Shown: positions 28,644 to 38,631, counted from the first letter of the stretch. The stretch: 64,000 nt of DNA from an uncultured Oscillospiraceae bacterium (GCA_910579595.1 CAJTVM010000001.1:2406-66405), one strand, 5' to 3'. A program made the numbers and translations. Notes: generated by a model from the sequence alone, not told the origin.

Positions 28644-29177
28644 TCAAACCGAGGGCGCCTGCGCTGTCTGGCGCAGGGCGGGCCTCAAAACACTGATTTT
28701 GGGCAGGAGTTTGAGTAGCGGCGTGCCCAGTACGTAGCAGACCAGGGCCTCGCCGATGATGAAGGTCACGGCGTTGAAGCCGCAGGCCATCCAAAAGGCG
28801 GTGTTGATGGCCCCCACGTCCGTCCAGGCCCACATAGGGGGCAGGAAAATAGCGTTGACGAGGATGGGGGGCAGGGCCGCTAAATACCATTTGGGCATCT
28901 TCATGGTGAGCCAGGCTGCAATGGCGGTGGCCAGGGTGCCCAGCAGCCAATCCATGGGGAAGGGGGAACCCAGCAGGTTGGTGAGGAAGCAGCCCACCAC
29001 CAGCCCCGGCGCGGCGGCGGGGAACAGGAAGGGCAGGACGGTGAGGGCCTCCGCGAAGCGGCACTGCACCGGGCCGAAGCCCAGGCCGAAGATGCCGGCG
29101 AAATAGCCCATCACGGTGTACAGCGCCGCCACCATGGCGGCAAGGACAAGATTGAACACAGCGGATTTGCGCATCAC
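28644..29177 (-). CDS. queT: QueT-family transporter (queuosine precursor ECF S component)
   Basis: AAMVAALY, FGPVQCRFAEALTVLPF, GCFLTNL, DWLLGTLAT. Confidence 0.88.
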   Translation of the reverse strand: MMRKSAVFNLVLAAMVAALYTVMGYFAGIFGLGFGPVQCRFAEALTVLPFLFPAAAPGLVVGCFLTNLLGSPFPMDWLLGTLATAIAAWLTMKMPKWYLAALPPILVNAIFLPPMWAWTDVGAINTAFWMACGFNAVTFIIGEALVCYVLGTPLLKLLPKISVLRPALRQTAQAPSV

Positions 29178-29180
29178 AAA

Positions 29181-29320
29181 AAACCTCCAGTTTATATTTA
29201 GAGTACCAGCGCATTGGCACAGCGGCGGGCGTCCCTTCCGAACGGGTTCACGCGTTTCCCGTTCGCGGCTCTCTGCCCGCCGGTTGGACCGAAGTGGAGA
29301 TCGGTCGCGGATATTTTACC
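29181..29320 (-). promoter_or_regulatory. Structured queT 5' leader (riboswitch candidate) with extended -10
   Basis: TGGTAAAAT -10; three hairpins; first loop UCUCCA complementary to the SD UGGAGG. Confidence 0.5.
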
Positions 29321-29393
29321 ACAGTGTTCCGCCCGTGTACAGAAAAATTTTGCGGGAGCGCTGGGGAATTTCCCCGCGCTCCCGCTTTTTTTG

Positions 29394-29585
29394 TCAGGCG
29401 TTTTCCCCGTTTTCCGCGTCCTCCTTCAGGCTTTCCAAAGCCACCCTGGTGGCCTCAATGACAAAGGCGGAAAAAGAGGCCCCGGTGCCTCGGATGGCCT
29501 GTTCCACTTCATCGATGATGTTGTTGGGGAAACGGATGGATTTTTGAGTTGTTGCCGGAATTATCGGAACTTTGAATTTCGCCAC
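29394..29585 (-). CDS. Small ribbon-helix-helix-like protein (YlcI/YnfO-like)
   Basis: QKSIRFPNNIIDEVEQAI...SFSAFVIEATRVAL; GTG start after GGGGTG. Confidence 0.7.
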   Translation of the reverse strand: MAKFKVPIIPATTQKSIRFPNNIIDEVEQAIRGTGASFSAFVIEATRVALESLKEDAENGENA

Positions 29586-29683
29586 GTCATTCACCCCGCA
29601 ATACATTTTATCCTTTACAATGTATTGCAATATGTGATATAAATATGTGGTGCAAACGTAACCCAAAAAGGGAGGCAAAAAGA

Positions 29684-29908
29684 ATGACTATGCTGCAATC
29701 TGTGCTTTCTGCCCTCATCCGCAGCGGCAAGGTGACCGTGGAGATCACTGGCATGGACATGGACGAGCTGAAAAAAACGGTCTGGAACGAGGCGGTGGAT
29801 ATGCTGGAGGAAATTGAGGGCGTTGCATATGCCGATGAGATGACCGACCGGGAAAAGGTGGAATGGATTCAAAAACGCCTGGAAAACAAAGAACTGCGGT
29901 CCATATGA
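29684..29908 (+). CDS. Small hypothetical protein
   Basis: RBS GGAGG, host-like codons, followed by a terminator. Confidence 0.65.
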   Translation: MTMLQSVLSALIRSGKVTVEITGMDMDELKKTVWNEAVDMLEEIEGVAYADEMTDREKVEWIQKRLENKELRSI

Positions 29909-29927
29909 ATGGACCGCAGTTCTTTTT
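29888..29927. terminator. Intrinsic terminator (17-bp perfect stem)
   Basis: AAAGAACTGCGGTCCAT/ATGGACCGCAGTTCTTT. Confidence 0.85.
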
Positions 29928-29937
29928 ATACGACGGT

Positions 29938-30957
29938 TCAGTTAGAAGCGGTGTCCAGATCGGAGTCCCCGCCCCAGATCATGTTCTTGCGCAGCTCGCC
30001 GCCCACGATCTCCATCTGGTGCTTCTTGAGCTGCTGGCGCTTGGAATTGAAGAAGGTGCGGCCGTTCTTGTTCTCCGCGATCCACTTGCCCGCGAAGGTG
30101 CCGTCCTGGATGTCGGACAGCACGGCGCGCATACGCTCCTTAGTCTCCTCGTGGGGGATGACCCGGGGGCCGCTGACGTACTCGCCGAACTCGGCGGTGT
30201 CGGAGATGGAGAAGTTCATGGCCGCTACGCCGCCCTTGTTGATCAGGTCGATGATCAGCTTCATCTCGTGGATGCACTCGAAGTAGGCGTTCTCCGGCTC
30301 GTACCCGGCCTCCACCAGCACCTCGAAGCCGCAGCGCATCAGATCCACCACGCCGCCGCACAGCACGGTCTGCTCACCGAACAGGTCGGTCTCAGTCTCG
30401 TCATGGAAGGTAGTCTCCATCACGCCCGCACGGGCGCCGCCGATGCCCGCGATGTAGGCCAGGGCAATCTGGTAGGCATGGCCGGTGGCGTCCTGCTCCA
30501 CCGCCACCAGGCAGGGCACACCCTTGCCCGCCACATAGGTGGAGCGCACGGTGTGGCCGGGGCCTTTGGGGGCGGCCATGAACACATCCACCCCGGCGGG
30601 GGGGACGATCTGCTGGTAGCGGATGTTGAAGCCGTGGGCGAAGGCCAGGGCCTTGCCCTCGGTCATGTAGGGGGCAATGTCCCGGTGGTAGACCTCGGCC
30701 TGCACCTCGTCGTTGATGAGGAGCATGACGATATCCGCCCATTCGGCGGCGGCAGGGACGGTCTTGACCGCCAGGCCGGCCTTCTCGGCGTTGGTCCAGT
30801 TCTTGGAGCCTTCCCGCAGGCCAACGCACACATCACAGCCGGAGTCCTTCAGGTTCAAGGCGTGGGCGTGGCCCTGGGAGCCGTAGCCGATGATGGCGAT
30901 CTTCTTGCCCTTCAGGTAGCTGAGGTCGCAGTCCTTCTCATAGTACATCTTTGCCAT
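29938..30957 (-). CDS. ilvC: Ketol-acid reductoisomerase
   Basis: [39 protein letters not shown]. Confidence 0.98.
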   Translation of the reverse strand: MAKMYYEKDCDLSYLKGKKIAIIGYGSQGHAHALNLKDSGCDVCVGLREGSKNWTNAEKAGLAVKTVPAAAEWADIVMLLINDEVQAEVYHRDIAPYMTEGKALAFAHGFNIRYQQIVPPAGVDVFMAAPKGPGHTVRSTYVAGKGVPCLVAVEQDATGHAYQIALAYIAGIGGARAGVMETTFHDETETDLFGEQTVLCGGVVDLMRCGFEVLVEAGYEPENAYFECIHEMKLIIDLINKGGVAAMNFSISDTAEFGEYVSGPRVIPHEETKERMRAVLSDIQDGTFAGKWIAENKNGRTFFNSKRQQLKKHQMEIVGGELRKNMIWGGDSDLDTASN

Positions 30958-31111
30958 GGTAAACACTCCTTGTAAAAATTTGTGGGAAAACCGCCCGCGG
31001 GGGCGGGATAAAGCAGAGTATGCCGTGATTGTCCCATTTCTGAAAGACGGGACGCCGCTTTCCAAGCATCATATCACAGCGGAAAGGAAAAGAATGATAA
31101 CCGTGATACAA

Positions 31112-31672
31112 TCACAGGATATTCTTGCCCAGGTCGAACTCGTCCCGCACCTTATTGCCGGAGTTGTTGCGGATGGTCGCTTCGCCCCGCTCCAGGGCCA
31201 CCATGCCGGTGCGCACCAGCTCCAGTATGCCGAACTCAGCCAGCAGCTTCTCCAGCGCGTCGTCCTTGGACTCCTGACCAATGATGGCCAGGGTGAGGCT
31301 CTGGGTGGACACGTCGATGATGGCGGCGCGGAAGATGTTGGCGATCTGGATCACCTCGTTGCGCACCTCCCGGCTCTCCGCCTTCACCTTGATGAGCACC
31401 AGCTCCCGGCGGATGGACTCCTCCGGCGGCAGCAGGCGGACGGAGTACACGGAAAACTGCTTGCGCAGCTGGTTGATAATCTGGCCCACCTGCTGCTCCC
31501 CGCACAGCACCTCGATGGTGATGCGGGACACCGCCGGATCATCGGTGGTGCCCACCGCCAGGGATTCGATGTTGTAGCCCTTCCGGGAGAACAGCCGGGA
31601 CACCTGGCTGAGCACACCGGCGGAGTTTTCCACCAGCACGGACAGGGTGTGGCGTTTGATAATGGTATTCAT
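31112..31672 (-). CDS. ilvN: Acetolactate synthase small subunit
   Basis: LSVLVENSAGVLSQVSRLFSRKGYNIESL, ELVRTG. Confidence 0.97.
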   Translation of the reverse strand: MNTIIKRHTLSVLVENSAGVLSQVSRLFSRKGYNIESLAVGTTDDPAVSRITIEVLCGEQQVGQIINQLRKQFSVYSVRLLPPEESIRRELVLIKVKAESREVRNEVIQIANIFRAAIIDVSTQSLTLAIIGQESKDDALEKLLAEFGILELVRTGMVALERGEATIRNNSGNKVRDEFDLGKNIL

Positions 31673-31687
31673 GGCGCTCTCCCTCCT

Positions 31688-33397
31688 TTAATGCAGCAGG
31701 AACTCGGTGACGGGGGTGCCGCCGCTGACCATAGGGTGGACCATGGCGTCGATGTCGATGGCGCAGTCGATGACGCAGCCGCAGCCCGCCTCCAGCGCCT
31801 GACGGAACGCCTCCTCAAACTCCGACTGGTTCCTGGCCCGAAAGCCCTTCAGGCCGTAGGCCTCCGCCAGCCGCACAAAGTCGGGTCCCCGGTCCAGGGT
31901 GGTCTGGGAGAACCGCTTGTTGTAGATCAGGTTTTGCCACTGGCGGACCATGCCCAGGGTGCGGTTGTCGAAAATCACGGTGATGATGGGGATGTTGTAG
32001 TGCTCCACCGTGGCCAACTCGTGGCAGTTCATGCGGAAGCAGCCGTCCCCGGTGCAGTGGACCACCACCTTGTCCGGGTTGCCCACCTTGGCCCCCATGG
32101 CGGCGCCCAGGCCGAAGCCCATGGTGCCGAAGCCGCCGCTGGTGAGCAGCTGGCCAGGCCGGGAGAAGTGGTAGTACTGGCAGGACCACATCTGGTGCTG
32201 CCCCACGTCGGTGGCGATGATGGCATCGCCGTCCGTCAGATCGGAAATGGTCTCCAAAATCTCGTGTGCGTGGAGGATGTTGTCCTTTTTCAGGGGCAGC
32301 TCCTTCCGGGCGAACACCTGGGCCTTCCAGGCGGAGTAGTCGTGCGTTTTCAGCTTCGCGTTCAGCAGCTCCAGCACCCGGCGGGCGTCCCCGATGATGT
32401 GGTGGTAGGTGGCGACGTTCTTGTCGATCTCCGCCCGGTCGATGTCGATGTGTACGATTTTGGCGTTTTGGGCAAAGGAGGGGGGATCGGTGGCCACCCG
32501 GTCGGAGAAGCGGCAGCCGATGGCAATGAGCAGGTCGCACTCGGCAGTGGCCATGTTGGATGCGTGGGAGCCATGCATCCCCACCATACCGGTAAACAGC
32601 GGGTGGTTACCGGGGCAGGCCCCGCCGCCCATGATGGTGGAGCCAACCGGGGCGTCCAGCGTCTCGATAAACTTGCGGAACTCAGGCACCGCGCCCTTGG
32701 AGCGGATCACGCCGCCCCCCACCAGCACCATGGGCCGCTGGGACTGGGAGATCAGCTCCAGCAGCTTGTCAATGTCCTCGTGGTTTGGCTCGGGGATCCG
32801 GATCTCCCGGTTGGAGCGGCGCAGCAGGGTGGCCAGCCGCCCGTGGTTGGGGTGCTCGGACACGGGAAGGTATTCGTAGTCCGCCTCGGCGGCGGTGACG
32901 TTTTTGGTGATGTCAATGAGCACCGGGCCGGGCCGTCCGGAGCGGGCGATGGCAAAAGCCTCCCGGATCACGTCGGCCAGCTCATTCACGTCCTTCACCA
33001 GGAAATTGCACTTGGTGATGGGCATAGTAATGCCGGTGATGTCCACCTCCTGGAAAGTGTCCTTGCCCATGAGGTTGTCTGCCACATTCACGGTGATGCA
33101 CACTACCGGGGAGGAATCATAATAGGCGGTGGCAATGCCGGTGACCAGGTTGGTGGCGCCGGGGCCGGAGGTGGCGAAGCACACCCCTACCTTCCCAGTG
33201 GAGCGGGCATAGCCGTCGGCGGCGTGGGACGCGCCCTGCTCGTGGGCGGTGAGGTAGTGGTGGATTTTCTGGTTGTAGCCGTGGAGCTCAAGCTCGTCGT
33301 AGATGTTCAAAATGGTGCCGCCGGGATAGCCGAACACGGTATCAACGCCCTGCTCCAGCAGACATTCCATCACGATCTGGGATCCTCGCATCAGCAT
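31688..33397 (-). CDS. ilvB: Acetolactate synthase large subunit
   Basis: FGYPGG, HEQGA, TSGPGATN, DVGQHQMW, GDGCFRMN, LGMVRQWQ. Confidence 0.97.
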   Translation of the reverse strand: MLMRGSQIVMECLLEQGVDTVFGYPGGTILNIYDELELHGYNQKIHHYLTAHEQGASHAADGYARSTGKVGVCFATSGPGATNLVTGIATAYYDSSPVVCITVNVADNLMGKDTFQEVDITGITMPITKCNFLVKDVNELADVIREAFAIARSGRPGPVLIDITKNVTAAEADYEYLPVSEHPNHGRLATLLRRSNREIRIPEPNHEDIDKLLELISQSQRPMVLVGGGVIRSKGAVPEFRKFIETLDAPVGSTIMGGGACPGNHPLFTGMVGMHGSHASNMATAECDLLIAIGCRFSDRVATDPPSFAQNAKIVHIDIDRAEIDKNVATYHHIIGDARRVLELLNAKLKTHDYSAWKAQVFARKELPLKKDNILHAHEILETISDLTDGDAIIATDVGQHQMWSCQYYHFSRPGQLLTSGGFGTMGFGLGAAMGAKVGNPDKVVVHCTGDGCFRMNCHELATVEHYNIPIITVIFDNRTLGMVRQWQNLIYNKRFSQTTLDRGPDFVRLAEAYGLKGFRARNQSEFEEAFRQALEAGCGCVIDCAIDIDAMVHPMVSGGTPVTEFLLH

Positions 33398-33419
33398 AGT
33401 GGGAACCTCCTTATCAGTC

Positions 33420-33537
33420 AAAAAAAGCACAGCCGCGCCCACATAGGACGAGCCATGCTCCGCGGTGCTTTCTCAGAAAGCGCATACATAATTTAATACA
33501 GTAAAGCTATCATATCCTTTTGTACCGGGTTTGTCAA
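33420..33537 (-). promoter_or_regulatory. ilvBNC promoter and leader with terminator-like hairpin
   Basis: TTGACA-N17-TATGAT (33537-33509), then AAGCACCGCG...CGCGGCTGTGCTTTTTTT before the RBS. Confidence 0.6.
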
Positions 33538-33571
33538 TGTAAAAAGCTTGATGGGGGGCAAATTCCGCCGC

Positions 33572-33612
33572 TCAAACAAAAACCCGGCGGAAACCGCCGG
33601 GTTTTTGTTTGA
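33572..33612. terminator. Intrinsic terminator
   Basis: TCAAACAAAAACCCGGCGG-AAA-CCGCCGGGTTTTTGTTTGA perfect inverted repeat. Confidence 0.85.
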
Positions 33613-33719
33613 AATGATTAACGTTTACGCCGTTGCCACGCGCTGCTCTCGACAGCTCCGCGCTTCGGCGTCACGCTGCGAAGCGGTCAGGCCGTTCGGT
33701 CGCTTCTCCGCGCTTCTTT

Positions 33720-33905
33720 TTAGTTGCAGCCGCAGGTGGTGCCGTGGTCGCCCAGCTTAAAGGACGCACACTCGGTCTCGCCGCACTTGCACACGCTGTT
33801 CTGGCAGTGGCCCACCTGGATCTCGTTCAGGGTGCAGCGCTGATCCTTGTGGTAGGTGCAGCTGTTCACAGTGCACTTGATGCTGGGATTGGTCTGGTTC
33901 ATCAT
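33720..33905 (-). CDS. DUF1540-family small Cys-rich protein
   Basis: IKCTVNSCTYH...CTLNEIQV...TECASF. Confidence 0.88.
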   Translation of the reverse strand: MMNQTNPSIKCTVNSCTYHKDQRCTLNEIQVGHCQNSVCKCGETECASFKLGDHGTTCGCN

Positions 33906-33950
33906 GTTTTTTTCCTCCTTGTTTCGCTTTGGATTCCCAAATACAACAAG

Positions 33951-33980
33951 GAGTATGCCCCGTGGGGCGGGGCTCTATTC
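33951..33980 (-). promoter_or_regulatory. SigG/SigF-like promoter of the DUF1540 gene
   Basis: GAATA-N18-CATACTC on the minus strand. Confidence 0.55.
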
Positions 33981-34856
33981 ATCCTGATTTTCCGCGGGCG
34001 GTTCTTCTATCGGCGGGCCGGCGTCGGGCGGCTCCGGCTGGGCGGGCCTGCGCTGGAACCGGGGGATGAACCGGGTGGCGAAGCGTCCCCCGCCCCGGCC
34101 CTTCACATAGAAAAATCCAATGACGGAGAACACTGCCGCGCCGATGAAGTTGACAAACAAATCCTTCATGGTGTCGATGATGCCCACGTCCAGATAGCCG
34201 CCCAGCCCCAGCGGCATCTGGGTGCCGTCCTCCAGCACCAGGATCACATCCTGGATGCCCTGGACGATGACGGCGGTGGTGCCGTGGCTGGGGTTCAGGT
34301 TGACGGTGGAGATGGTGTTGATGACGGTATCCTTCTGCATATCCACCAGGATCAGCTGGTCCATGGAAAACTCGAAGAACTCCCACAGTACGCCGATGGT
34401 CATGGAGAAGCAGAAGGCCGTTACCGCCATGAAGAATGGGGACAGCCGCAGGGCCACCTTTTCCTCCTCGTTGAGGATGTCCACCAGGGCGAAGCCGATG
34501 GCGGCGCACAAAAAGCCGTTCATGGTGTGCAGCATGGTGTCCCAGCCGGGGTAGCTGGTGTAATAGGCGCGGATCTCACCCAGAATCTCGGCAGCGTAGA
34601 TGAACAGCAGGATGATGACTTCCAGGGTGTCCGGCAGATCGATGTGCAGCCGGCGCTCAAAAGCGGAGGGCAGCATAAACAGCACCAGGGTGAGCACGCA
34701 CAGCAGCACATTTTCATAGTTCTGGTTGAAGAGCTGGGCGATCAGCATCCCCACCACCGACAGCCGCAGCACAAAGTAGACAGTGTACACCAGCTTTTTG
34801 TTCTCGACATGACGCCATTCGTGGCCCTTTGGCCGTTTTTTACACTGCTTTGACAT
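33975..34856 (-). CDS. Integral membrane protein of unknown function
   Basis: Multiple TMs; WDTMLH, GVLWEFFEF, DTMKDL motifs. Confidence 0.8.
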   Translation of the reverse strand: MSKQCKKRPKGHEWRHVENKKLVYTVYFVLRLSVVGMLIAQLFNQNYENVLLCVLTLVLFMLPSAFERRLHIDLPDTLEVIILLFIYAAEILGEIRAYYTSYPGWDTMLHTMNGFLCAAIGFALVDILNEEEKVALRLSPFFMAVTAFCFSMTIGVLWEFFEFSMDQLILVDMQKDTVINTISTVNLNPSHGTTAVIVQGIQDVILVLEDGTQMPLGLGGYLDVGIIDTMKDLFVNFIGAAVFSVIGFFYVKGRGGGRFATRFIPRFQRRPAQPEPPDAGPPIEEPPAENQDE

Positions 34857-34954
34857 TGCGTACCTCCTTCCTGATTACACTGCGCCGGATTTGTAAAGAA
34901 AATGCTGTCAGCCTCCTCGCCCCGGCGCATACTATGGTTATGGAGGTGATTTTG

Positions 34955-35167
34955 ATGGACTTACGTAACAGCCAGATCACGTTGGGAGAGCTGTGGGACG
35001 ATCCGAAAAGCCGGTCGGTGTTTCAGAAGCGCATCCCCATGCTGGCCAAGCACCCGGTGAAGGGCGCGGCCCGGACGGTGACGCTGGAGCAGCTTTGCGA
35101 TTTCATGTCCAGCTGGGTGCCGGGGATGATGATCAACGGCGTGATGGCGGATCTGAAAAAATTGTGA
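34955..35167 (+). CDS. Small hypothetical protein
   Basis: RBS GGAGGTG; upstream CATACTAT resembles a sporulation-sigma -10. Confidence 0.65.
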   Translation: MDLRNSQITLGELWDDPKSRSVFQKRIPMLAKHPVKGAARTVTLEQLCDFMSSWVPGMMINGVMADLKKL

Positions 35168-35233
35168 GATTATAGCATATCATACCAAAAAATGGGCCCA
35201 CTGTCAATTGACAGCGGGCCCGCTGTTTCATGC

Positions 35234-36085
35234 TTACCGCCGCTCGGCAATCCGCCGCCCGGTGGGGGTTGCGGCCAGCCCCCCCTCCCCTGTCTCCCGC
35301 AGGGAGGCGGGCAGAGCGCGGCCCACCGCCCCCATGGCGTCGATGATCTCATCGCATGGGATGCCCACATCCAGCCCCGCCAGGGCCATGTCAGCGCAGG
35401 TCAGGGCGTTCACCGCCCCCACCACGTTGCGCTTGACGCAGGGCACCTCCACCAGCCCGCCCACGGGATCGCACACCAGCCCCATCAGGTTTTGCAGCGC
35501 CATGCCGCAGGCCGCGGCCATCTGCCCCGGCGTGCCGCCCCGGGCGTGAACCAGCGCGGCGGCGGCCATGGCGGAGGCGGAGCCGATCTCTGCCTGACAG
35601 CCCCCTTCCGCGCCGGAGATGGAGGCGCGGGTGGCGATGACCTGCCCGAACCCGGCGGCGGCGTAGAGGCATTCCACCATTGTTTCATCGTCCAGCCCCT
35701 CCCGGCCCTGGAAGGGGATCAGCACCGCAGGCAGCACCCCGCAGGCCCCGGCGGTGGGCGCGGCCACAATGCAGCCCATGCAGGCGTTGTGCTCCCCCAG
35801 CTTCAGGGCGGTAGCCATAACCTCCCGGAGGAACGGCCCGCAGATGGTGCGGTCAAAGCCCTCCATCCGCGCACCCTGCCCCCCGGACAGGCCGCAGGCG
35901 GAGCGACGGGCGGGATCGTAGTCCGCCACGGACCGCTTCATCGCCTGCCACAGCTTACCCATGCGGGCCAGGCTGGCATCGGGGTTGGCGTCCCGGTCCT
36001 GGCAGTCGTCCTCCAAAACAGCCGTCCACAGCGGCTTATCCGCCGATGCGGACAGCAGCGCTTCCACTGATCCAAACATGGTCAA
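35234..36085 (-). CDS. sdaAA: L-serine dehydratase alpha subunit
   Basis: APTAGACG, ASISGAEGGCQAEIG, LVCDPVGGLVEVPCVKRN, RETGEGGLA. Confidence 0.96.
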   Translation of the reverse strand: MTMFGSVEALLSASADKPLWTAVLEDDCQDRDANPDASLARMGKLWQAMKRSVADYDPARRSACGLSGGQGARMEGFDRTICGPFLREVMATALKLGEHNACMGCIVAAPTAGACGVLPAVLIPFQGREGLDDETMVECLYAAAGFGQVIATRASISGAEGGCQAEIGSASAMAAAALVHARGGTPGQMAAACGMALQNLMGLVCDPVGGLVEVPCVKRNVVGAVNALTCADMALAGLDVGIPCDEIIDAMGAVGRALPASLRETGEGGLAATPTGRRIAERR

Positions 36086-36747
36086 CCCTCCGTTAAATTC
36101 AAATAGATGCAGCGCACCACGCCGCCCAGCAGCTGGATGTTGTCAATGATCTCCTGGGTAAGGGACTGGTCGCACTCCAGCACCATGACGGACAGACCCT
36201 CCCGGCGGTCCCGGTAGAGCTGCATATTGGCGATGTTCACCCCGTGGCGGGCCAGGCAGGAGCTGACCTCGGACACAATACCGGGCTTGTCCTGGTTGCG
36301 CACCACCAGGGTGGGCAGATCGCCGGAAAAGGCGGCGGCCATGCCGTCGATGGAGTTCACCCGGATGCGCCCGCCTCCCAGAGAGGAGGCGTTGACCACC
36401 ACGGTGCGGCCCCACTCGCCGATAAGGGTCATGACGGCGGTATTGGGGTGGGCATCCCGGAGATCCACCGTCTGGATATGTACCTCCATCCGGTTCTCCT
36501 TGGCCAGCTGGAAGCTGCGGGGTATGTCCGGATCGTCGGGCTTCATGGCCAGCAGACCGGCCACGATGGCCTTGTCGGTGCCGTGGCCCGCGCCGGTGGC
36601 GGCGAAGGATCCATGCAGGGCGATGTTGGCCCGCGCCGGCTGGAAGCCCAGCAGCTTGCGGCCCACAAAGCCTATCCGGACGGCCCCGGCGGTGTGGGAT
36701 GAGGACGGGCCTACCATGACGGGACCCATGATGTCGAAAATATTCAA
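36082..36747 (-). CDS. sdaAB: L-serine dehydratase beta subunit
   Basis: GPVMVGPSSSHTAGA, GSFAATGAGHGTD, HPNT, C-terminal ACT domain. Confidence 0.96.
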   Translation of the reverse strand: MNIFDIMGPVMVGPSSSHTAGAVRIGFVGRKLLGFQPARANIALHGSFAATGAGHGTDKAIVAGLLAMKPDDPDIPRSFQLAKENRMEVHIQTVDLRDAHPNTAVMTLIGEWGRTVVVNASSLGGGRIRVNSIDGMAAAFSGDLPTLVVRNQDKPGIVSEVSSCLARHGVNIANMQLYRDRREGLSVMVLECDQSLTQEIIDNIQLLGGVVRCIYLNLTEG

Positions 36748-36817
36748 AAGAAAGCACCACCTTAACGGTCAAATATAATTATGATTGTAGCACAATCTTT
36801 GACAGGCCGCAAGCTTA

Positions 36818-36979
36818 GAACCTGTATTCACAGCCGAAACCGCCGGATGGGCGAGGGATTTTCCCGTCAGGCAAGGCAAATTTTCGCAGGAATCATTGCG
36901 TTTATTTCAAGAAAATTTAACGCGGCATGGAGGGAAAAGACCCGGCCAGACGGTGAATCGAGGTTGTGAATACAGGTTC
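36818..36979. mobile_element. 162-bp MITE, copy 1
   Basis: TIRs GAACCTGTATTCACAGCC / GGTTGTGAATACAGGTTC, flanked by TTA on both sides; near-identical copy at 45238-45399. Confidence 0.88.
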
Positions 36980-37022
36980 TTAGAAAAGCGCGGCCCGGAA
37001 CAGTTTCCGTGCCGCGCTTTCT

Positions 37023-38369
37023 TTATTCCTCCCGGGCATCCTCCGGGGCAGGCTCCAGCCTGGACACCAGCGCCCACTCCACCCGCCGGTCGGTGAAGTT
37101 CAGCACCTTGATGTGCAGTCCCCAGGCGTCCACCTCGATCTGCGCCCCGTCCTCGGGGATGACGGAGATTTGGGCGAACACCAGCCCGCCCAGAGTGTCG
37201 GATTCCTCCTCCTCAGGGAACTCCATGTCCAGGGCCTCCGCCACCGTTTCCAGATCACAGGAGCCGGACACCTTCCATACCCCCGGCTCCGTCTGCTCGA
37301 TCTCCTTTTCCTCCAGGGGGTCGAACTCGTCGTAGATGTTGCCCACGATCTCCTCCAGCAGATCCTCCATGGTGACAAGGCCGGAGGTGCCGCCGTATTC
37401 GTCCACCACGATGGCCATATGTACCTTTTTGCTCTGCATATCCCGGAACAGCACGTCGGTGCGCACCGATTCCGGCACGAAGTAGGCGGGGCGGATCAGC
37501 GCCCCCAGGGGCTTGGGGTCCTCCTCCTGAGCGTTGAGCAGGAAGTCCCGGGCATTGAGTATGCCCACGATGTCGTCCGCGTCCTCCTGGTACACGGGGA
37601 AGCGGGAGCGGCCAGAGGTGAGGATGGCGTGGAGCACATCGTCTTTGGCGTCCTCCGCCCACACCATCACCATATCGGTGCGGTGAATCATCACATCCTC
37701 GGCGGTGGTATTGTTAAACTCGAAAATGTTCTCGATAAGCTCCTTTTCCGAGGCTTCGATGGCGCCCCGCTCCTCCCCCAGGTCCACCATCATGCGGATC
37801 TCGTCCTCGCTGACGTCCTCCGGGTCGGCATTGGGGTCGATGTGCAGCAGGCGCAGCACGCCGTTGGTGGATTTGGACAGCAGCCAGATGACGGGCCGGA
37901 ACACCGCCGCCACCACGCACACCGGGCCAAGGGCAAACCGGGCCACCCCTTCCGTTTTCTTCATCGCGATGCGCTTGGGCGCCAGCTCGCCCAGCACCAG
38001 GCTGAAGTAAGAAAGCACCACGGTGATGAGCACCACCATCAGGTTGTTCAGCGCGGCGGGGGACAGGGCGGTGACCCCCACATCGCCGACCAGCCAGTCC
38101 ACCAGCGGATCGGAAAAGCTGTCGGCGGCGAAGGCGGAGGACAGGAACCCCGCCAGGGTAATGGCGATCTGGATAGCGGACAGGAAATGATCCGGGGTCT
38201 GGGTGAGGGAGAGCAGCTTGGCCGCCTTTTTGTCCCCCTCCTCGGCCTGGCGGCGCAGCTTCGTCTCGGACAGGGAGATGACGGCGATCTCCGCCGCGGC
38301 AAAAAAGGCGTTGACCAGGATCAGGACGATCAGGATGATCAGTTTCGGTAATAACGGGTCGTCGGGCAA
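37023..38369 (-). CDS. Hemolysin/CorC-family CNNM-CBS-CorC membrane protein
   Basis: NAFFAAAEIA, GELAPKRIA, SRFPVY, HMAIVVDEYGGTSGLVTMEDLLEEIVG; TTG start after GGAGG. Confidence 0.93.
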   Translation of the reverse strand: MPDDPLLPKLIILIVLILVNAFFAAAEIAVISLSETKLRRQAEEGDKKAAKLLSLTQTPDHFLSAIQIAITLAGFLSSAFAADSFSDPLVDWLVGDVGVTALSPAALNNLMVVLITVVLSYFSLVLGELAPKRIAMKKTEGVARFALGPVCVVAAVFRPVIWLLSKSTNGVLRLLHIDPNADPEDVSEDEIRMMVDLGEERGAIEASEKELIENIFEFNNTTAEDVMIHRTDMVMVWAEDAKDDVLHAILTSGRSRFPVYQEDADDIVGILNARDFLLNAQEEDPKPLGALIRPAYFVPESVRTDVLFRDMQSKKVHMAIVVDEYGGTSGLVTMEDLLEEIVGNIYDEFDPLEEKEIEQTEPGVWKVSGSCDLETVAEALDMEFPEEEESDTLGGLVFAQISVIPEDGAQIEVDAWGLHIKVLNFTDRRVEWALVSRLEPAPEDAREE

Positions 38370-38631
38370 GATGGATAACCTCCTATTTTTTGACGGTCTG
38401 ATTGGATTCACCGCTCCATTCTATGCGGCACAGGCCTCAATGGAGTACAGTATACCAGTTTTTCCGCAAAAAGCAATAGGTTCCCGTTGGGACGTTTCTG
38501 TTCCGGCGGCCTTTTCCCCGGCCGGGGGATGGAAATCCGCTGATTTTCCATTGCGCTCCCGCTCCTTTTGTGGTACAATGCTTCAACATACCTTACATAT
38601 TATATAGAATCCTACAAAGGAGACTTGCGCT

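Noticed and set aside
33615..33720. GC-rich spacer with repeated CTCCGCGCTTC as a third copy of the structured repeat
   Set aside because: It does not share the core motifs of copies A and B; support is too weak
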